DNA of 64,000 nucleotides from Patescibacteria group bacterium (GTDB lineage Bacteria; Patescibacteriota; Minisyncoccia; UBA6257; UBA9933): NCBI GenBank assembly GCA_038065955.1, contig JBBTPY010000007.1, positions 29,232 to 93,231 of the forward strand, read 5' to 3'. Shown piece by piece: positions 9,001 to 17,782 of this stretch (position 1 is its first letter; each line of letters starts with the position of its first letter). The notes under the pieces were generated by a model. It saw only the letters and a program-made list of their open reading frames with translations, ran no database searches and was not told where the DNA came from. The position numbers and the translations under genes were made by a program.

Positions 9001-10922
9001 ACGCATTGTTTAAAACTCGCTATCTGCTGTATTTGTTGCGTCTGTTGTAGGCTACTGGTTGCTTGTTGTATAGTGCTTGTCCCAGATAAAATTTGTTGTT
9101 GCGCCACTTCATTGTCTTCTTCTTCTTGAATTATTTGTTGTTGATTATTGATTGTCTGTTGTTGGTTGCTATTGACTTGTTTCGGCGTGCCGCCAATAAT
9201 TGCGGATGTCTGCCAATTAAAATCACTGCTCCGCTCCATTGTTTTTTTGGTTTGATTATTGCCGGCCGGCCAAGCGGACGTTGCCAAAACTTCATCAATT
9301 AATCCGCAATTTGGATTAAAAAGCCGCAAGCCTTCGTTAGTATTAGCAAGCGCGCCGGAATAAATTTTATCGGCTTTGACGCCCAGCGCGGCGGCGTCAT
9401 CCGTTCTTTCTAAAAGATAAAAACCGTTGGCGGGAATTTTATCGCTGTTGTTAAAAACAATTTTAATCTGTTCAGCCCGATCAATTAACTGATAGCCGTC
9501 TAAATTTATTTCATTAGAGGAAATGTTTTTCAATTCAATCCACTCGTCATCGGCGCTGTTCGCGCCGCCCATCCAGGCGACTTCGTTAATGATAATTTGC
9601 GAACGCGAAGGCGATTGTGAAACCGCGAACGAACATTGTTTTATCGGCGTTTGCGAAATTAACGATTGAGACGATTGATTCGCGGTTTGAGGCTGAGTTC
9701 CGTTGGTTTGATTTAAATCAATTTCTCCCACCGATTGAAAACCTTGATTACTATTAAAAATTCCGGAGAAAAAATCGTTAATCACAGAGCTTGTCTGAGC
9801 GAATAAAATCCGAGAATTCGTAGTTGTTTTGTCAATAATATTGATGGTATTCACCAACGCCAAACGAGGAGATTTTTTCAAATAACTTAGAACCGCTTCG
9901 TTAGAATCGGGAATTATTTCAGGCAATAATTCCGAATTTTGCTTGTATTTTTCAACTTCCTGAAAAAATAGGTTTAAAACGCTGGCGCCGGCCAGAACTG
10001 CTTGGGGGGCTAAATTTGAGAAATAGGAAGGAAGGACAAAAAATTCATCATTGAGAGTGTATTCTATTTTCATACCACTTTGTATATATTTTGCTAAATA
10101 TATTTTTTTCTCTGCATCTAATAAATAACCATTTTCCTTTTGCAATGTTTTTAAATTCGGCTTTATATATTCCTCATTATTAATCGTATCCTCTGAAAAG
10201 AAATTATTATTTGAATAAGTTGCCAAATACTCAAAAGCTGATTGAATAGTTAAAAAATTTGGAAGAGGTTTATTTTTTAAATTTTCGGCAATGTTTAATT
10301 TATTGAAATTAGTATATTTCTTAGAATATTCTTCATAAGGCGAACCGGGGTCACCGTATAAATCAGCATGAGTATCGTTTCTCGTGTGATCCGGAACCGA
10401 AACATCCTCAATTAAATGCAAAATATGTCCGAGAGCGATAAATGCTGATTTTTTATCGCCGTCAATATATGATTTAATAGCTTTTTGCCATGTTTGATTG
10501 CCATACTGCCGACCATAAACTGATTGATATTCTTGATTAGTCACCCAATCAATTGAGGCGATTGTCGGCTTTGGAGCCATTGATTCGCCTTTATAAAGTC
10601 CTTGTTCTTGGGTTAAATAACCAAAATGCCTTCCCTTCCAACCTTCTTTATATACGGGATCATAAAAATGATTTATCCACCTTGGGGCTTCGTCTTCGTC
10701 AATCGCTCCTTTTCTCATCCATTGAGTTTCATTGACGGAAATTTTTAAATCAGAATTGGCTGTTTTTGAATTAAAAAGTTTGGCGATTTCTTCGGTTAAA
10801 TCGGGGTGAGTATAATAAGGAGAATAAGCAAGAACAAAAAAAGCAATGAGTGATAATACTGCTAATACCATAATAAAAAATAAAAACTTTGTTTTTATTG
10901 ATTTTAATACAAAATTTTCCAT
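6063..10922 (-). CDS. giant secreted/membrane-anchored protein: zinc-dependent phospholipase C-like domain + 4 lamin-tail domains (LTD) + Gln-rich linker + FN3-like domains
   Basis: 1619 aa. N-terminal hydrophobic signal/anchor. INHFYDP...ALGHILHLIEDVSVPDHTRNDTHAD parallels the HYLGDVNQPMHAANFT zinc-ligand block of C. perfringens alpha-toxin/B. cereus PLC (about 10745..10320). Four LTD modules start IINEVAWMGG, VIINEVSWMGG, ILISEIQIYPTGNRFIELYNP and LAISEIQVKGENQNDEFIEIYNP, each with the (E/D)(W/F)(I/F)ELxN motif. C-terminal beta-sandwich FN3-like segments. Confidence 0.7.
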   Translation of the reverse strand: MENFVLKSIKTKFLFFIMVLAVLSLIAFFVLAYSPYYTHPDLTEEIAKLFNSKTANSDLKISVNETQWMRKGAIDEDEAPRWINHFYDPVYKEGWKGRHFGYLTQEQGLYKGESMAPKPTIASIDWVTNQEYQSVYGRQYGNQTWQKAIKSYIDGDKKSAFIALGHILHLIEDVSVPDHTRNDTHADLYGDPGSPYEEYSKKYTNFNKLNIAENLKNKPLPNFLTIQSAFEYLATYSNNNFFSEDTINNEEYIKPNLKTLQKENGYLLDAEKKIYLAKYIQSGMKIEYTLNDEFFVLPSYFSNLAPQAVLAGASVLNLFFQEVEKYKQNSELLPEIIPDSNEAVLSYLKKSPRLALVNTINIIDKTTTNSRILFAQTSSVINDFFSGIFNSNQGFQSVGEIDLNQTNGTQPQTANQSSQSLISQTPIKQCSFAVSQSPSRSQIIINEVAWMGGANSADDEWIELKNISSNEINLDGYQLIDRAEQIKIVFNNSDKIPANGFYLLERTDDAAALGVKADKIYSGALANTNEGLRLFNPNCGLIDEVLATSAWPAGNNQTKKTMERSSDFNWQTSAIIGGTPKQVNSNQQQTINNQQQIIQEEEDNEVAQQQILSGTSTIQQATSSLQQTQQIQQIASFKQCVFNTAQSSSRQKVIINEVSWMGGSGDFGLTAADEWFELKNISNNEINLNGWQVIDKSENIKIIFNSGTKISTNGFYLLERTDDGSAPNISADKIYNGTLNNSDEGIRLFDEQCNLIDEVFAAPNWPAGDNGQKRTMERSPDFSWHTYNGIAQNGILGTPKRENSAPTAAASGGGTPTNNQPPITNNPPAKILISEIQIYPTGNRFIELYNPNNSAVDLTDWYLQRKTQTGANFGSSVSKTYFVNKVISAYGYFLISRNSLSGGDIILDDLTLTESNAIQLKNSNGEAVDKVGWGQASDCEGSCAAEPLSSQSIQRKFQNDEFIDTDNNAQDFEIQNCPSPKTQTAACQTNQTNQAPSAFFVNNLAISEIQVKGENQNDEFIEIYNPTDNAISLADYSIQYLSGTATSTDKISKKNFSNDSEIAAKSFYLVINSNATSSLKDKADMTYSAFSLSGISSGGAIFLVSATTVISDINDSAIIDSLSYGDFLLTVGIATSTVPDAGQSLERKAFSDGDCVSAQNENEFLGNSCDTDGATDFEIRGVSNPQNSQNFPEPRNAPVIPQNFNIDYSTSTMQLIFNWQESQDFSGGTSTLIYRIKEPNNASSTYRIRTYNLNGGYSEFNVSIIETALTSTAVFIDEVGRNYNFSVQAFDKEGLASETAISSISIPSFLSNLYFYKNPNYSDADYLIESFYGQYPFVPDVYQNGQNTSWKILVFYLNNKAEKREYIYSSITSSFPTWPSAWPQEILDKVLKVQFNICSGGNSSNREMLILPDIKEQCGVWGGMMNSAMQYGDLEDNHFIIKANDVGFNANDNNINFVSGDYLTVAYYSFVNSSRWSGGTDNFRLVAVDKTKYYFGNEPIHRPPTVPLNLTTIFNGTSSNLIISWDNSTDPDTIDGSIKYELNYHLIDEELDENNWGEAVKAGYQIRNDAGNISPIIQTAPAIPVLFDNSYKIYIRAKDEFGNYSEVISTEWFYPVFLE
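8520..9660. repeat. intragenic tandem duplication: two ~480-bp nucleotide-similar copies (about 8520-9000 and 9180-9660) encoding LTD modules 2 and 1
   Basis: Shared blocks ttcggcgtgcc, gccggccggccaa, catcaattaa, tcatccgttctttctaa, gccgcccatcca..gacttcgtt.ataata in the same order in both copies. Confidence 0.75.
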
Positions 10923-11425
10923 ACCCTAGTATAAGGATTAAGATAAAATTCTATTGTATTTTTGAACGGCTCTCCGGTTTCTAAATCTTTAACCATATAG
11001 TAATAATAGGCGCGTTCCTTATCAGCCAATATAAAATCAGGCAATGATTCATTTTTTTGAAGAGGCGAGGAAAGTTGTTCCAAGTATAATTTCAAATTAT
11101 CTCTATTTTTTTCACTTAAAAAAATTTGTTTTTTCTTTTCCTGCTTTCCAACCGCAAAATATTTACTTGCCAAATCAATATCTCCTTTTTTCAACGCATC
11201 TAGGTACATCGCCCATGTTTCTTCGGGGGTCTTGCCGCCGTAAGTGTCTTCTTTGTAGGGCTGTTCCAACGCTCCCTGAAAACGCTCAACTGATTTATCT
11301 ACTTTTCTGACATCAATTTTGTATTTAATTATTCCTCCGGCAAAAAAACCTAAAATGGCGATAATAGCAAAAATAACGACAACCACAAACGCTCTCGCAA
11401 TTTTTTGAATAAATATTTTTTCCAT
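10904..11425 (-). CDS. hypothetical protein with N-terminal TM anchor and extracytoplasmic domain
   Basis: 173 aa; one N-terminal hydrophobic helix; no recognised motif. Confidence 0.5.
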   Translation of the reverse strand: MEKIFIQKIARAFVVVVIFAIIAILGFFAGGIIKYKIDVRKVDKSVERFQGALEQPYKEDTYGGKTPEETWAMYLDALKKGDIDLASKYFAVGKQEKKKQIFLSEKNRDNLKLYLEQLSSPLQKNESLPDFILADKERAYYYYMVKDLETGEPFKNTIEFYLNPYTRVWKILY

Positions 11426-11429
11426 AATT

Positions 11430-11594
11430 TTAAAACGGCTTTAACGCGTCCCAAAATGTCGGACCCGCGCCGAACCATTTTTCTTCGTAAGAAACCAAGG
11501 TGCCACTAATATAACCGATAACAAAAAAGGCTATTAAAATAATAATGGCGGATATTATAAATTTTTTTGATTTTAAAAAAGAAAGCGTAAACAT
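11430..11594 (-). CDS. small hypothetical membrane peptide (54 aa)
   Basis: ATG at 11594-11592, TAA at 11432-11430; MFTLSFLKSKKFIISAIIILIAFFVIGYISGTLVSYEEKWFGAGPTFWDALKPF; one TM helix; starts 4 nt after the upstream gene; below the ORF-track size cut-off. Confidence 0.25.
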   Translation of the reverse strand: MFTLSFLKSKKFIISAIIILIAFFVIGYISGTLVSYEEKWFGAGPTFWDALKPF

Positions 11595-11792
11595 TAAAAA
11601 TAAATAAATTTCTATTCATAATCGCGGCCAAAACCTTGATTTTCCCGCCTTGTAAATACAAATTTTATTATTCTAAATATAATATATTGATTTAAAATGT
11701 CAATACATTTTAAGTATATATACCCGACCCAATCGCGCCAAACCTAATATTCATTTAGCGCTAATATACGCCTAATTTTTATTTTATTTTTA

Positions 11793-12716
11793 TTATTTTT
11801 TCTTTAAATAATCGTAAATGTTCAGCGTTGCCTTAACGGCGTCGCCGATGGCGGTGCTGATTTGATTATACAAAGAATCAGCGATGTCTCCGGCGGCCCA
11901 TATACCTTCCAGAGAAGCCTGGTGAGTTTGATGATTAACAATAATTTCCCCCTTCTCGTTAAGTTTGACCAAGTCTTTAACTAAATCGGTATTGGGACGA
12001 TAACCGATAGAAATAAAAACGCCGTTTAATTTTACTTCTTTAACTTCGCCAGTTTTTCTGTCTTCATATTTAAGACCGCTGACGAATTTATTTCCTAAAA
12101 TTTCTTTAACCGCCGCCATCGCGCAAATTTCAACTTTTCCGGAATTTTTTATTTTATCAATATAAATCGGATCGCCTTTTAAATTTTCAGAGTATTCAAA
12201 AAGATAAATTTTATCGGCGTAAGGCAATAAATCAATTACGCTTTCAAGGCCGGAATTTCCGCCGCCGACTACCGCCGCGGCTTTCCCCTTCATCAAAGGC
12301 GCGTCGCAAATAGTACAATAAAACACTCCCTTGCCGGTAAATTCCGCCTCGCCGGGCACATTAAGCCGCCGCGACGAAGAACCCATCGCGATTAAAATTG
12401 TTTTTGTCTCAATCGTTTCTCCTTCATCGGTAATAACCAAAAAGTCGCCGCCCTTTTTTTCTATTTTCTCAATTTTTGTCCCTTCTTTAATATCAATAAG
12501 ATTTGACTGGCCGCGCAATTGCTCTTCAAGCTTGTTTTTCAATTCAACGCCGCTGATTGATTTATAGCCGATGAAATTATTTATCGTATCCGAAATCACC
12601 GCCTGGCCGCCGAAAGAATCGGTAATCAACAACGCTTTGATTTTTTTTCGGCTGGCATAAATTCCGGCCGCCACGCCGGCCGGTCCGCCGCCGATAATAA
12701 TTAAATCGTATATCAT
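11793..12716 (-). CDS. trxB: thioredoxin-disulfide reductase
   Basis: ORF track 11793..12746; probable start MIYDLIIIGGGPAGVAAGIY (FAD GxGxxG); redox CTICDA; second GGGNSG NADPH motif. Confidence 0.9.
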   Translation of the reverse strand: MIYDLIIIGGGPAGVAAGIYASRKKIKALLITDSFGGQAVISDTINNFIGYKSISGVELKNKLEEQLRGQSNLIDIKEGTKIEKIEKKGGDFLVITDEGETIETKTILIAMGSSSRRLNVPGEAEFTGKGVFYCTICDAPLMKGKAAAVVGGGNSGLESVIDLLPYADKIYLFEYSENLKGDPIYIDKIKNSGKVEICAMAAVKEILGNKFVSGLKYEDRKTGEVKEVKLNGVFISIGYRPNTDLVKDLVKLNEKGEIIVNHQTHQASLEGIWAAGDIADSLYNQISTAIGDAVKATLNIYDYLKKK

Positions 12717-12779
12717 AAAAAAATTATATATAAAAAAATTCGCCATGACAACGCCAAGGCGAATTTTTATAATAAACGA

Positions 12780-13013
12780 TTATTTTGCCGCTCCTAAAAC
12801 TTTATCAATTTCGGAACGATTGAATCCAACAATAATTACGCCGTCAATATCGAGCACCGGCACGCCCATTTGATTGGATTTATTAATCATTTCTTCACGG
12901 GCTTTTTCATCGCTGGAAACGTCAAATTCCTCATATTGGACGCCTTTCTGTTTGAAATAATCCTTTGCCATTACGCAATAAGGACAAGTTTGAGTAGTAT
13001 AAATTTTAATCAT
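12780..13013 (-). CDS. glutaredoxin-family protein (NrdH/Grx-like, CPYC active site)
   Basis: 77 aa; TQTCPYCVMAKDYF and GVPVLDIDG thioredoxin-fold motifs. Confidence 0.8.
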   Translation of the reverse strand: MIKIYTTQTCPYCVMAKDYFKQKGVQYEEFDVSSDEKAREEMINKSNQMGVPVLDIDGVIIVGFNRSEIDKVLGAAK

Positions 13014-13016
13014 ATT

Positions 13017-13199
13017 TTATTGAATCGAAGACGCTGAAGATTTCTCGCCGAACAATTCCCATAAAGCGAAAATTATAATCAAAACGCCGGAAACCACATT
13101 GCTCCACAGCGCGACCGTCAAAGCGGAAAAATCAAGCGCCCATGGTGAAATTAAAATCCAGAGGCCTAAAACTAAAATAACCCAATTAAGCAACTTCAT
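13017..13199 (-). CDS. SPW-repeat small membrane protein
   Basis: 60 aa, two TM helices, LISPWAL motif. Confidence 0.45.
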   Translation of the reverse strand: MKLLNWVILVLGLWILISPWALDFSALTVALWSNVVSGVLIIIFALWELFGEKSSASSIQ

Positions 13200-13221
13200 A
13201 TTTGAATAAAAATTAAGCGAC

Positions 13222-13257
13222 CTTTTATAAATTATAAAATGTTAATATAATAAATCA
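13222..13257. promoter_or_regulatory. divergent intergenic region with sigma70-like -10 (TATAAT at about 13240) upstream of the sugar-transferase gene
   Basis: ttataaattataaaatgttaaTATAATaaatcaATG; only plus-strand transcription unit start in the island. Confidence 0.3.
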
Positions 13258-14583
13258 ATGTTCATTTTAAAAATTAGAACCGCTTTAATTATATTAGGAG
13301 ACGCCGTTTCTCTTTATACTTCGCTCATTATTACTCTTTTAATCCGTTACGGAACGGATGGTTTTTCCGGCCCTTTTTATTCCCATTTTAAGCCGTTTTC
13401 TTTTATTTTTATCGTCTGGTTTTTAATTTTTTATCTTTTTGACCTTTATCAGGAACGATTTTTCAAACACAGTCCGGCAACGGCTCAAACTTTTTCCCTG
13501 GCCGTAAGCGCGAGTATCGTCGCCTCTATAATAATTTTCTACGCTTTTGAGCCGTTTTTCAGACTAACGCCAAAAACAAATCTTTTGATTTTCGGTCTGA
13601 TTTTTGGAATTTCAAACTACTTTTTGCGCCTTGTTTTGGCGCGATTGTTCATTTCCGGCGGCTGGCGAAAAAAAATAATTTTTATCGGCGATTCGCCAAT
13701 TTTCGCTTCTTTGGCCGAATATATTAAAAATAACCCTCAAGCCGGATATAACATTAATTTATGGCTTAAAAAATTAAGTGAAGAAAAATTTTCGAATTTA
13801 ATTGAATCAATTAAAAAAAATGAAGTTGAAATGGCTATCGTCGACGCCGGCGTTAAAAATAATCACTTAAACATTAAATTTATTTATCGGCTCCTGCCTT
13901 TGGAAATAAAAATTATGGACCTTTCGCGTTTTTACGAAACAATTTTTCAAAAAGTGCCTTTAGAAGAAATCAAAGAAAGCTGGTTTATTGAAGAAATCAC
14001 TCTTGGCCGCCGCTTTTACGATATGTTTAAAAGAACAATCGATTTAACTCTTTCTCTTATTTTAAATATTATCCTCTTGCCGATAATTATTATCATCGCT
14101 TTATTGGTAAAAATCAGCTCTGAAGGTTCGGTTATTTATAAACAAGAAAGAATAGGAAAAAATAACCGTCCGTTTATCCTTTATAAATTCAGAACGATGA
14201 AAATCGACGAAACGGGCCCGCTCTGGACAGACAAAAACGACCCCCGCCTTACCTTTTTCGGCAAAATTATCCGCTGGACTCATCTGGACGAACTGCCCCA
14301 GCTTTTTAACATCTTAAAAGGCGACATTTCTTTTATCGGACCGCGGCCGGAACGAACGGAATTGACTGATTTATATAAAAAATTGCCTTACTATGAAATC
14401 CGACATACTATTAAACCCGGTTTAACCGGCTGGGCGCAGGTCAATTACAAACCGAGCGCGTCGCTTAAAGAAGCCAGAGAAAAACTTCAATACGATTTTT
14501 ATTACATTAAAAACCGCTCGCTGATTCTGGATTTATTAATACTTTTAAAAACTGTTAGATATTTATTTTTATCGCATCAATGA
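13258..14583 (+). CDS. polyprenyl-phosphate glycosylphosphotransferase (WbaP/exopolysaccharide 'bacterial sugar transferase' family), initiating enzyme
   Basis: 441 aa; 4-5 N-terminal TM helices; C-terminal YKFRTM...LDELPQLFNILKGDISFIGPRPER motif of PF02397. Confidence 0.85.
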   Translation: MFILKIRTALIILGDAVSLYTSLIITLLIRYGTDGFSGPFYSHFKPFSFIFIVWFLIFYLFDLYQERFFKHSPATAQTFSLAVSASIVASIIIFYAFEPFFRLTPKTNLLIFGLIFGISNYFLRLVLARLFISGGWRKKIIFIGDSPIFASLAEYIKNNPQAGYNINLWLKKLSEEKFSNLIESIKKNEVEMAIVDAGVKNNHLNIKFIYRLLPLEIKIMDLSRFYETIFQKVPLEEIKESWFIEEITLGRRFYDMFKRTIDLTLSLILNIILLPIIIIIALLVKISSEGSVIYKQERIGKNNRPFILYKFRTMKIDETGPLWTDKNDPRLTFFGKIIRWTHLDELPQLFNILKGDISFIGPRPERTELTDLYKKLPYYEIRHTIKPGLTGWAQVNYKPSASLKEAREKLQYDFYYIKNRSLILDLLILLKTVRYLFLSHQ

Positions 14584-16049
14584 TTAACCGTCTTAAGGAT
14601 TTACTGTTTACAAACCGCGGCGTCAGACAAACCGTTGTTAAAAACGTTTTTTGGCTCGGCATCGGGCAAGTTGGAAGCCGCTTAATAAGAGCGGCGATTA
14701 TTATTTACGCGGCGCGAATTTTAGGCGCGGCCGAATACGGAGTATTTTCGTATGTTTTAAGCTTAGCCGGATTTTTCACTATTTTCGCGGATTTAGGAGT
14801 GAGCCCGCTTCTGACGCGCGAAATCGCCGGCCGTCCGGACAAGCGCGCGACATATTTCGCCAGCGCTTTTTGGCTCAAAAACATATTGCTGGCGATTACC
14901 GCGGTTTTGATTATTTTCGCCGCTCCGAAATTTTCCAATATAGAAGCAGCTGTCGCTTTGCTTCCCTTTGTCGCTTTGCTCGTACTTTTTGACAATTTCC
15001 GCGATTTTACCTTCGCCTATTTCAGAGGAATCGAAAAAATGGAACGGGAAGCGATTTTAACTGTCATTATGAATACGGCAATTGCCGTCGCCGGTTTCAT
15101 CATTTTGCGATTTTACCAAACCGCCGGCGCTCTGCTGTTTTCTTACATCGCCAGCGTCGCGATTCTAAGCGTTGTCGCGTTTTATTTCGTTAAGAACTTT
15201 ATCAAGGGAATATTTAAAAATTTTGACAAAGAAATTTTTAAACAATTTTTCCACGATTGCTGGCCGCTGGCTTTTAGCGGATTATTCGGAATTTTTATGC
15301 TTAATATTGATATCGTGATGCTCGGCTGGTGGCGGACTGCCGAAGAAATCGGCTATTATTCGGCCAGCCAAAGAATTGTCCAGATACTTTATACTCTGCC
15401 GGCAATACTCGCCAGCGCGATTTTCCCAGCGGCGGCGCGTTTTATTAAACAAAACGAAACAGAAAAAGCGCGCGGCCTCAGCGAAAAATCAATGACATTT
15501 TTGTATCTTATCGCGATTCCACTAACAATCGGCGGAATTATTTTAGGCGTTCCCATAATAAAATTCGTATTCGGCGAAGAATATTTGCCGGCATCCGCGT
15601 CGTTTCAAATATTAATAGCCACATTGCTTATCCATTTCCCGGGCGCGATTCTCGGCAACTTAATAATGGCGCATAATCAGCAAAAGCGCCTCGTTAAATA
15701 CGTTGCTATCGGTTCCGCGAGCAATATCGTTTTTAACGTTTTATTAATTCCTCCTTTCGGCATCGTCGGTTCCGCGATCGCCACATTAATTTCCCAATTC
15801 GCTTATTTCACGCCGGTCTGGTTTAAAATAAAACAAATTAGCAATTTCCAAACCTTGCGCTATTTAAAAAAAATAATCGCCGGCGCGATTATTATGGGAA
15901 TTTTAAGTTATATGTTTAACAAATTCGAACTGAACGTAATTATTAACATAATCTTCTCCGCCGGAATTTATTTCGGAATACTTTATTTAATAAAAGAAAA
16001 AATTTTAGAAGAAATAATATCTCTTTTCAAGAAGGTTAATTTGCCTTAA
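14580..16049 (+). CDS. Wzx-type oligosaccharide flippase (MOP/polysaccharide biosynthesis protein family)
   Basis: 489 aa, about 12-14 TM helices; 4-nt overlap with upstream gene; paralog of 25590..27047. Confidence 0.8.
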   Translation: MINRLKDLLFTNRGVRQTVVKNVFWLGIGQVGSRLIRAAIIIYAARILGAAEYGVFSYVLSLAGFFTIFADLGVSPLLTREIAGRPDKRATYFASAFWLKNILLAITAVLIIFAAPKFSNIEAAVALLPFVALLVLFDNFRDFTFAYFRGIEKMEREAILTVIMNTAIAVAGFIILRFYQTAGALLFSYIASVAILSVVAFYFVKNFIKGIFKNFDKEIFKQFFHDCWPLAFSGLFGIFMLNIDIVMLGWWRTAEEIGYYSASQRIVQILYTLPAILASAIFPAAARFIKQNETEKARGLSEKSMTFLYLIAIPLTIGGIILGVPIIKFVFGEEYLPASASFQILIATLLIHFPGAILGNLIMAHNQQKRLVKYVAIGSASNIVFNVLLIPPFGIVGSAIATLISQFAYFTPVWFKIKQISNFQTLRYLKKIIAGAIIMGILSYMFNKFELNVIINIIFSAGIYFGILYLIKEKILEEIISLFKKVNLP

Positions 16050-16078
16050 TCAATATTTTGAAACTTTACCCAAAATTA

Positions 16079-17710
16079 TTAATTGATTTTTCCTTCGGTA
16101 TATTTTAAGAATTCTTTTTTCGCCTCATCATATCTATTCCCCCAGTTTTTTGCCTCCTGAAGTTTTTCTTCCAGGTCAAGCATTATTTTTGTAGTGGTTA
16201 TAATTGAATGAATAGAATCTCCCTCTTCGTTGTGAGCAATTTTTCGACTAATAGTTTGATACATATCTCGATAACTCGTTGGTTTAAAAACTTTCCGTTT
16301 TCTTATAATCCGTTGGTTATCTTCGGAAAGATAATGAGTAGCATCCGTGATTCTAACGATTTTTCCAGTTACTTTTAATTCAACAATATCTTTGGGTCCA
16401 ACTCTGGAACTGCCCTTTTCGCTAAACGTTGAAGTTAATGTGGCGCCGTTTTCTAATTCTATCCAAACAACAATAGTGTTATCTGCTAAAACATGAAGGC
16501 CGAAATCCTTTGGCACACTGAAATTGTTTAGATAAAGAAAGTGATCAATTTGATGACAGGCATTGGCAAAAAATGTACTACGAGAAACCGGCCATGTATA
16601 CCAAAAAAATTCTGGCTGTTTTAATTCATAAACAATAGAATTGTAAAAAATCGGTTCGCCGTATGTTACTCCCATATCCTTTAAAGCCCATTTATTAAAA
16701 GGACCATAACGTTTTTGAAAACCAATAAAAAGACGCGGGCCTGATTTTTTTAAAGCTGCTTCTAGTTCGTTTAGTTCTTGATAATCATTTACGACGGGTT
16801 TTTCTACTACTGCATAAGCACCTTGATTTAAAGCGTGAATAGCGAGAGGCGCATGAAAGTGATTATATGTTGCTATAAAATAAGCGTCTGCTTTTTCACC
16901 TTGATAATGAAATGGAGAAGTATTCCGCTCTTCTTTTTTTGTTGTAAAGAAAATTTGCGTAGGATCAATTTCGTGGATAATTTGAATGTCAATAAACCTT
17001 TTTGTATAAGGAATGATATTTGTTTTTGCGTAGTTTCCGAAACCAAAAAGAACGCCAATTTTTTTTGAAGAACGTTTTGCCATGCTCCTTGCTTTAGAAA
17101 CGGGCGATAATTCTTCAATAGATAAATGTTGGGAGTGGTCCCAGTCATTATTTTTTATTTCTAAATTTATTCCTTCAGATATTTGAGGTTTTAGATCATT
17201 TGAAATTTTCTTACCCGAATAAATACTCCATGCTTGGAAATTTTTCCACCAAGCGTGAGTTGCTGTTTCTTTAATAGTGATAGGAGAATATAGAATTTTC
17301 TGCGACGGCGTATTTGGTAAATCTTCTTTATTAACCTTAGAAAGCAATATTTCTGGTAAAACAATTCTTTCTACTAGGGCCGGATGCCAGGGCGCTAAAA
17401 ATTCGACCATATCCCCAGAAGAAAAAATTTGATTGTCGGCGGTTTCAATAATTTCTCCGAAACCGCAAGAAATGTATTTTTCGTTGCGGTAATCTTCGCG
17501 GAGACGCGACCAAACCTTGTAGAATAATCCTTCCATTCCCATCACCGGAAAATAATTTAAAAGCAAGCGCAAGCTTTTCGGCCGTGTATGGTAAACATTT
17601 TCCAGCTTGCCTAAATTTTTAAACCCCAAAACTTTTATTCGATATTCTGTTGGGTTTTTATGGTAATCCAAAAAGCCATCCCGCCATTTTTTATTTACTA
17701 AAATTTTCAT
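16079..17710 (-). CDS. Gfo/Idh/MocA-family NAD(P)-dependent sugar oxidoreductase with about 200-aa N-terminal extension
   Basis: 543 aa; KIGVLFGFGNYAKTNIIPY Rossmann segment, AVVEKPVVNDYQELNEL (EKP motif); the N-terminal extension starts KILV...LGF resembling a degenerate second Rossmann. Confidence 0.65.
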   Translation of the reverse strand: MKILVNKKWRDGFLDYHKNPTEYRIKVLGFKNLGKLENVYHTRPKSLRLLLNYFPVMGMEGLFYKVWSRLREDYRNEKYISCGFGEIIETADNQIFSSGDMVEFLAPWHPALVERIVLPEILLSKVNKEDLPNTPSQKILYSPITIKETATHAWWKNFQAWSIYSGKKISNDLKPQISEGINLEIKNNDWDHSQHLSIEELSPVSKARSMAKRSSKKIGVLFGFGNYAKTNIIPYTKRFIDIQIIHEIDPTQIFFTTKKEERNTSPFHYQGEKADAYFIATYNHFHAPLAIHALNQGAYAVVEKPVVNDYQELNELEAALKKSGPRLFIGFQKRYGPFNKWALKDMGVTYGEPIFYNSIVYELKQPEFFWYTWPVSRSTFFANACHQIDHFLYLNNFSVPKDFGLHVLADNTIVVWIELENGATLTSTFSEKGSSRVGPKDIVELKVTGKIVRITDATHYLSEDNQRIIRKRKVFKPTSYRDMYQTISRKIAHNEEGDSIHSIITTTKIMLDLEEKLQEAKNWGNRYDEAKKEFLKYTEGKIN

Positions 17711-17782
17711 ACTGTTAATTATAATTTATAAGAAATCTTTTTGTCAATATGTTGTACTCGTCCATATAAAGTTTTTAATGGT

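Noticed and set aside
9060-9180. TTG/TTGTTG-rich low-complexity tract
   Set aside because: Simply encodes the Gln-rich (QQQ) interdomain linker of the giant protein in frame.
7859-9302. Small ORFs on both strands inside the 1619-aa gene (7859..8140, 7875..8078, 8453..8656, 8474..8812, 8785..8988, 9093..9302)
   Set aside because: Alternative-frame artefacts within a continuous 4.86-kb reading frame with clear domain architecture.
8400-9700. Possible CRISPR-like repeat array suggested by repeated blocks
   Set aside because: Repeats are about 480-bp coding duplications (LTD domains), not short direct repeats with unique spacers; no cas genes in window.
11595-11792. 198-bp AT-rich intergenic spacer downstream of trxB examined for ncRNA/terminator
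   Set aside because: No convincing stem-loop or conserved motif visible; probably just promoter/terminator space for the small downstream ORF.
16079-17710. Possibility that the 543-aa oxidoreductase is two genes
   Set aside because: Single uninterrupted frame; N-terminal part looks like a degenerate duplicated Rossmann domain rather than a separate gene.
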